Below, piece after piece: positions 56,775-64,000 of a stretch of 64,000 bases of DNA. The notes under the pieces were generated by a model. It had not been told where the DNA came from, searched no databases, and saw only the letters and a list, made by a program, of their open reading frames with translations. A program made the position numbers and the translations under genes. How positions within the stretch are numbered: position 1 is the first letter of the stretch; each line of letters opens with the position of its first letter. Origin of the DNA: Blastocladiella emersonii ATCC 22665 (taxonomy: Eukaryota; Fungi; Blastocladiomycota); the NCBI GenBank assembly GCA_025594325.1, contig JANHCV010000016.1, positions 496,001 to 560,000 of the forward strand. The letters are read 5' to 3'.

Positions 56775-59700
56775 ATCTCGTCCAGTCCGCGTCATAGTAT
56801 TGTAAAGGAGCCAGAGTTGCTCTGGCTGCGATGGTTCGCTACTCCAGTGGAGCAGTTGAGGCTTGGGCCGCGTACGGTGCATGTCCTGCGGCAGACACAC
56901 ACGTATCATGATTGGGCGCCTAGCGTAAGATCCCGTGGCCAGGTGGTCATCTTAGACTCAACCCGCAATCGTGGCGAATCCACGGGATAGAGGTGGAACA
57001 GATCCGGCTCAGTGGCAGTGAGCACGGTGAACACAGCAGCTCCCAGCCCCAAGCGGCTGCTCCCTCCCTTTTGCACCATACAAGAAAATTGCGTTTACCT
57101 AAAGTACATGAAGGCGTGCACCGTACCTGCGTTTTGAGCCACTGTTACGCCGGATCAGATCAAGAACAGTGGGTTGTCGCTGTTTGCTGAACCTTCCTGA
57201 AGCCAGCTCAAGCCGTGTCCAGCGGGCGTATCTCAGAAATTTCACGTAGAACGTGTGCATGTCATGGCTAGCAAAGTTGCTTAGCTTGCGTACGGCTCTA
57301 GTTTGCCGCACCTCAAACGCTGCACAACCCAAGTGTGGCGGCTCCAAGGTGACTCTGACCAAGGACCAAACTCGAACGCTGCTGCAGCCGTATTACACAC
57401 GTGCTTCTTGCCAATTGCCTGACGCTAGGTTGTAGATCTTTCAAAGATCTATCAAAGAGTATAACAAAGGTTGGGGGTGACTTGAGTCACATAAGGGAGC
57501 AATGGGCAGCAAATGTGTCTCACGCTTGAGTCGACCGCACAAGGGCGAAACGATCAGATTGGACGTGGACACCTTCAGAAACCTTTGAGTAGACTATTCC
57601 ATCTGCCGAATGCCGCTGAGAACGCGCGCATAAGTCAAAGGGTGATTCCAAATGGGCGTTGTCAACCTCATCGAGTTGTGTCCAAACCGACCCCACGAGG
57701 CCAAGAAGACCAGATTGAGCATGCTCACTTTGACCAACTATGTTCGTTCAGCTATCAGCTGCAGATTGCTGTCGAGAACACGCGCCTAGGTCAAAGGGTG
57801 ATTCCAAACGGGCGTTGACGCGCAAAGTCCCTCGCCGCAACCCTCTTGCTGCGGCGAGGTCGCGCGCAACTCCACCTTGCCTGCCAACACGTCAAAGCTC
57901 AATCACCACCGTTGATCCGTCCAGCAGGCGGCGTTATGGAGTCTGTAGCAAAGAGTAACGTGCACGCAAGCAGCACCTTTGAGCAGCGCTGTAGAGGGGA
58001 AGTAAGCAAACTTTGAGCGCTCAATGCTGCCCACGAGATGGAGCGCGATCTTTCCCAGCTGTGTCTCATTGCACGCAAGGTGAGCAGCAGTGGCTCGTCA
58101 AGCAGGCAAGGAACAGGACAGAGTAGGGAAGGCGTGAGGGAGCCGATCTGAAGCTAAGCGTGTTCCGGAGCACCCTGCTGAGTCGAACGCGTGCTCAGCA
58201 CGGCGCGCGTGCAGGCAGGCAGCCGCAGTAGCAAGTAGCGACAGGCGGGGGCTGCTGCTTCCACATGCAAGCGTGAGACCTGCGCGCGCGCGTGTGATAA
58301 CAGCAAGGAAACCAAAGTAGCAAGGGTGGCGGCGATGGTGCGCCGCGGCAGCAGGTGCGTTCCGCGTCGGAGAGCGAGCCGCCGCTGCCCCACCGCCCAG
58401 AACAGGCGCGGCCGCTCTGGGATTCGGGATGGGATCGAGAGCAGAGCGGAGGGAGCGCGACGCGAGGTCAACAACGACGACAAGCCGGACGAACACCATC
58501 AAGTCACCCAACCCACCGTGTTGCTTGCTCGTGGGCCGGGTCGGCCTACGCCCGCCGCCGCACCGACCACTCGCCCGTCCAGTTTGAGCACCATCTCGAG
58601 TTTGGCGGCAGGTCCGAGTACCTTGCTCGCTGCGCAGCGAGATCCCACAGCGAGGCAGCGAGCGAAGGCGGCTCTCACGGAGGCCAGGAGCAGCGGCGCG
58701 AGCAGCGCAGGTGGGGCGGGTGGGACCTGCGCGGGCGCGCGGAAACCAGACGACAAGCACACGCGCGCGAGCGAGCGAGCGAGCGAGCGAGAAGGGAGGC
58801 GAGTCCATTCGAGACACGACGAGAGAGCGCCGCGCCGCGCCGGTCAAAGGTTGAGGGTGGGGGTGGGTGCTGGCGGCGGGGGCCGCCAGCACACGATTTT
58901 TCGATCATACCCTTCACTTGAGGGCAGCAGTAGCAGCGTAGGGGCGCAATGCAGCAAGACGGATCACCCAAAACCCTCAAACGCAGCTGCCGCCGCTGGA
59001 TCAAGTCTAGACGGGAGGAGTCGAGTTGCCTCCGTGGCGAGAAGGGCGGCGGTCCGAGTCTGCGTTCCAGACGCCAGGATCGCATCCATTCGAGGCACAG
59101 ATGCATGTTGCAGCGGGTCATATATTCCATGAGATGTCATTGCGGGTTTGGTGAAGTCTCGACTTTGGGGATGAGTGAGCGGTCGCGATCGCCGCGCGAG
59201 CAAGCGAAAACAGCTCGGGCATCAGGTGACAATTGCCTGACCGCTGCGAGACGCGTTTCGAGACGCGCTTTTGGCGCTCTGCCTCGGGAGACGGGCAGAC
59301 GACGCACAACTGCCTCCCAACACCACACGCTTGATTGAGCCCATGCCGCGTTGCGCGGTGGGTGCATCACGTTCACATCGCAGAGTACGCACACGCGCGG
59401 GGGCCCAGAAGGCACTTGGGCAAAGTTGTTTTATGTATCGTCGGGGAGTAGTGAGCCAAAGCAGTCAGGTCTCTCTAGTTCCGGGCTGGCGAGCAGGGTT
59501 CGAGTCCCTGTCGCATCTCGTCCAGTCCGCGTCATAGTATTGTAAAGGAGCCAGAGTTGCTCTGGCTGCGATGGTTCGCTACTCCAGTGGAGCAGTTGAG
59601 GCTTGGGCCGCGTACGGTGCATGTCCTGCGGCAGACACACACGTATCATGATTGGGCGCCTAGCGTAAGATCCCGTGGCCAGGTGGTCATCTTAGACTCA

Positions 59701-62700
59701 ACCCGCAATCGTGGCGAATCCACGGGATAGAGGTGGAACAGATCCGGCTCAGTGGCAGTGAGCACGGTGAACACAGCAGCTCCCAGCCCCAAGCGGCTGC
59801 TCCCTCCCTTTTGCACCATACAAGAAAATTGCGTTTACCTAAAGTACATGAAGGCGTGCACCGTACCTGCGTTTTGAGCCACTGTTACGCCGGATCAGAT
59901 CAAGAACAGTGGGTTGTCGCTGTTTGCTGAACCTTCCTGAAGCCAGCTCAAGCCGTGTCCAGCGGGCGTATCTCAGAAATTTCACGTAGAACGTGTGCAT
60001 GTCATGGCTAGCAAAGTTGCTTAGCTTGCGTACGGCTCTAGTTTGCCGCACCTCAAACGCTGCACAACCCAAGTGTGGCGGCTCCAAGGTGACTCTGACC
60101 AAGGACCAAACTCGAACGCTGCTGCAGCCGTATTACACACGTGCTTCTTGCCAATTGCCTGACGCTAGGTTGTAGATCTTTCAAAGATCTATCAAAGAGT
60201 ATAACAAAGGTTGGGGGTGACTTGAGTCACATAAGGGAGCAATGGGCAGCAAATGTGTCTCACGCTTGAGTCGACCGCACAAGGGCGAAACGATCAGATT
60301 GGACGTGGACACCTTCAGAAACCTTTGAGTAGACTATTCCATCTGCCGAATGCCGCTGAGAACGCGCGCATAAGTCAAAGGGTGATTCCAAATGGGCGTT
60401 GTCAACCTCATCGAGTTGTGTCCAAACCGACCCCACGAGGCCAAGAAGACCAGATTGAGCATGCTCACTTTGACCAACTATGTTCGTTCAGCTATCAGCT
60501 GCAGATTGCTGTCGAGAACACGCGCCTAGGTCAAAGGGTGATTCCAAACGGGCGTTGACGCGCAAAGTCCCTCGCCGCAACCCTCTTGCTGCGGCGAGGT
60601 CGCGCGCAACTCCACCTTGCCTGCCAACACGTCAAAGCTCAATCACCACCGTTGATCCGTCCAGCAGGCGGCGTTATGGAGTCTGTAGCAAAGAGTAACG
60701 TGCACGCAAGCAGCACCTTTGAGCAGCGCTGTAGAGGGGAAGTAAGCAAACTTTGAGCGCTCAATGCTGCCCACGAGATGGAGCGCGATCTTTCCCAGCT
60801 GTGTCTCATTGCACGCAAGGTGAGCAGCAGTGGCTCGTCAAGCAGGCAAGGAACAGGACAGAGTAGGGAAGGCGTGAGGGAGCCGATCTGAAGCTAAGCG
60901 TGTTCCGGAGCACCCTGCTGAGTCGAACGCGTGCTCAGCACGGCGCGCGTGCAGGCAGGCAGCCGCAGTAGCAAGTAGCGACAGGCGGGGGCTGCTGCTT
61001 CCACATGCAAGCGTGAGACCTGCGCGCGCGCGTGTGATAACAGCAAGGAAACCAAAGTAGCAAGGGTGGCGGCGATGGTGCGCCGCGGCAGCAGGTGCGT
61101 TCCGCGTCGGAGAGCGAGCCGCCGCTGCCCCACCGCCCAGAACAGGCGCGGCCGCTCTGGGATTCGGGATGGGATCGAGAGCAGAGCGGAGGGAGCGCGA
61201 CGCGAGGTCAACAACGACGACAAGCCGGACGAACACCATCAAGTCACCCAACCCACCGTGTTGCTTGCTCGTGGGCCGGGTCGGCCTACGCCCGCCGCCG
61301 CACCGACCACTCGCCCGTCCAGTTTGAGCACCATCTCGAGTTTGGCGGCAGGTCCGAGTACCTTGCTCGCTGCGCAGCGAGATCCCACAGCGAGGCAGCG
61401 AGCGAAGGCGGCTCTCACGGAGGCCAGGAGCAGCGGCGCGAGCAGCGCAGGTGGGGCGGGTGGGACCTGCGCGGGCGCGCGGAAACCAGACGACAAGCAC
61501 ACGCGCGCGAGCGAGCGAGCGAGCGAGCGAGAAGGGAGGCGAGTCCATTCGAGACACGACGAGAGAGCGCCGCGCCGCGCCGGTCAAAGGTTGAGGGTGG
61601 GGGTGGGTGCTGGCGGCGGGGGCCGCCAGCACACGATTTTTCGATCATACCCTTCACTTGAGGGCAGCAGTAGCAGCGTAGGGGCGCAATGCAGCAAGAC
61701 GGATCACCCAAAACCCTCAAACGCAGCTGCCGCCGCTGGATCAAGTCTAGACGGGAGGAGTCGAGTTGCCTCCGTGGCGAGAAGGGCGGCGGTCCGAGTC
61801 TGCGTTCCAGACGCCAGGATCGCATCCATTCGAGGCACAGATGCATGTTGCAGCGGGTCATATATTCCATGAGATGTCATTGCGGGTTTGGTGAAGTCTC
61901 GACTTTGGGGATGAGTGAGCGGTCGCGATCGCCGCGCGAGCAAGCGAAAACAGCTCGGGCATCAGGTGACAATTGCCTGACCGCTGCGAGACGCGTTTCG
62001 AGACGCGCTTTTGGCGCTCTGCCTCGGGAGACGGGCAGACGACGCACAACTGCCTCCCAACACCACACGCTTGATTGAGCCCATGCCGCGTTGCGCGGTG
62101 GGTGCATCACGTTCACATCGCAGAGTACGCACACGCGCGGGGGCCCAGAAGGCACTTGGGCAAAGTTGTTTTATGTATCGTCGGGGAGTAGTGAGCCAAA
62201 GCAGTCAGGTCTCTCTAGTTCCGGGCTGGCGAGCAGGGTTCGAGTCCCTGTCGCATCTCGTCCAGTCCGCGTCATAGTATTGTAAAGGAGCCAGAGTTGC
62301 TCTGGCTGCGATGGTTCGCTACTCCAGTGGAGCAGTTGAGGCTTGGGCCGCGTACGGTGCATGTCCTGCGGCAGACACACACGTATCATGATTGGGCGCC
62401 TAGCGTAAGATCCCGTGGCCAGGTGGTCATCTTAGACTCAACCCGCAATCGTGGCGAATCCACGGGATAGAGGTGGAACAGATCCGGCTCAGTGGCAGTG
62501 AGCACGGTGAACACAGCAGCTCCCAGCCCCAAGCGGCTGCTCCCTCCCTTTTGCACCATACAAGAAAATTGCGTTTACCTAAAGTACATGAAGGCGTGCA
62601 CCGTACCTGCGTTTTGAGCCACTGTTACGCCGGATCAGATCAAGAACAGTGGGTTGTCGCTGTTTGCTGAACCTTCCTGAAGCCAGCTCAAGCCGTGTCC

Positions 62701-64000
62701 AGCGGGCGTATCTCAGAAATTTCACGTAGAACGTGTGCATGTCATGGCTAGCAAAGTTGCTTAGCTTGCGTACGGCTCTAGTTTGCCGCACCTCAAACGC
62801 TGCACAACCCAAGTGTGGCGGCTCCAAGGTGACTCTGACCAAGGACCAAACTCGAACGCTGCTGCAGCCGTATTACACACGTGCTTCTTGCCAATTGCCT
62901 GACGCTAGGTTGTAGATCTTTCAAAGATCTATCAAAGAGTATAACAAAGGTTGGGGGTGACTTGAGTCACATAAGGGAGCAATGGGCAGCAAATGTGTCT
63001 CACGCTTGAGTCGACCGCACAAGGGCGAAACGATCAGATTGGACGTGGACACCTTCAGAAACCTTTGAGTAGACTATTCCATCTGCCGAATGCCGCTGAG
63101 AACGCGCGCATAAGTCAAAGGGTGATTCCAAATGGGCGTTGTCAACCTCATCGAGTTGTGTCCAAACCGACCCCACGAGGCCAAGAAGACCAGATTGAGC
63201 ATGCTCACTTTGACCAACTATGTTCGTTCAGCTATCAGCTGCAGATTGCTGTCGAGAACACGCGCCTAGGTCAAAGGGTGATTCCAAACGGGCGTTGACG
63301 CGCAAAGTCCCTCGCCGCAACCCTCTTGCTGCGGCGAGGTCGCGCGCAACTCCACCTTGCCTGCCAACACGTCAAAGCTCAATCACCACCGTTGATCCGT
63401 CCAGCAGGCGGCGTTATGGAGTCTGTAGCAAAGAGTAACGTGCACGCAAGCAGCACCTTTGAGCAGCGCTGTAGAGGGGAAGTAAGCAAACTTTGAGCGC
63501 TCAATGCTGCCCACGAGATGGAGCGCGATCTTTCCCAGCTGTGTCTCATTGCACGCAAGGTGAGCAGCAGTGGCTCGTCAAGCAGGCAAGGAACAGGACA
63601 GAGTAGGGAAGGCGTGAGGGAGCCGATCTGAAGCTAAGCGTGTTCCGGAGCACCCTGCTGAGTCGAACGCGTGCTCAGCACGGCGCGCGTGCAGGCAGGC
63701 AGCCGCAGTAGCAAGTAGCGACAGGCGGGGGCTGCTGCTTCCACATGCAAGCGTGAGACCTGCGCGCGCGCGTGTGATAACAGCAAGGAAACCAAAGTAG
63801 CAAGGGTGGCGGCGATGGTGCGCCGCGGCAGCAGGTGCGTTCCGCGTCGGAGAGCGAGCCGCCGCTGCCCCACCGCCCAGAACAGGCGCGGCCGCTCTGG
63901 GATTCGGGATGGGATCGAGAGCAGAGCGGAGGGAGCGCGACGCGAGGTCAACAACGACGACAAGCCGGACGAACACCATCAAGTCACCCAACCCACCGTG

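Larger units (their letters stand above)
54551..64000. repeat. Head-to-tail tandem array of a 2,740-bp unit (3 full copies + 1,230 bp, runs off the window)
   Basis: Units start at 54551, 57291, 60031 and 62771. Identical ORF translations recur at exact 2,740-bp offsets. Visibly lower GC than the genes; no credible protein. Confidence 0.97.

Noticed and set aside
56702-56778. tRNA gene (including amber-suppressor CTA or tRNA-Sec) in the array
   Set aside because: Only the T-arm is good. There is no matching acceptor stem, the D-loop lacks GG, and the CTCTAGT loop has no paired stem.
56749-57024. Circularly permuted tRNA (T-arm upstream of a GCTC-AGTGGCAGT-GAGC D-arm)
   Set aside because: The two acceptor halves are not complementary and no anticodon arm follows.

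Overview
Eukaryotic, GC-rich, gene-dense DNA with short (~55-80 bp) spliceosomal introns (GTRCGY donors, CTRAC-like branch points, YAG acceptors). The style suggests an early-diverging fungus, Blastocladiomycota-like (inference). Positions 1-54.3 kb hold about 21 host genes: TFIIIC B-block subunit, COG6, PRS1-type PRPP synthetase, mitoribosomal L31, ASH2/BRE2, a queuosine-salvage family protein, FAAH-like amidase, MIC60, TSR2, RPF1, COQ9, MUTYH, TatD, long-chain acyl-CoA synthetase, a P5 ATPase and several orphans. A U1 snRNA gene, invisible to the ORF track, lies at 27409-27571. A complete 4,412-bp P-superfamily-like DNA transposon sits at 29860-34271 with TIRs, a 9-bp target duplication, an intron-split transposase and a second ORF. 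From 54551 to the window end is a head-to-tail array of a 2,740-bp unit with no recognisable protein. Each unit carries a perfect Pol III B-box hairpin, many inverted repeats and a dense TCAAAG motif cluster. Most listed ORFs are GC-rich shadow frames. All assignments rest on motif recognition by eye; no searches were run.
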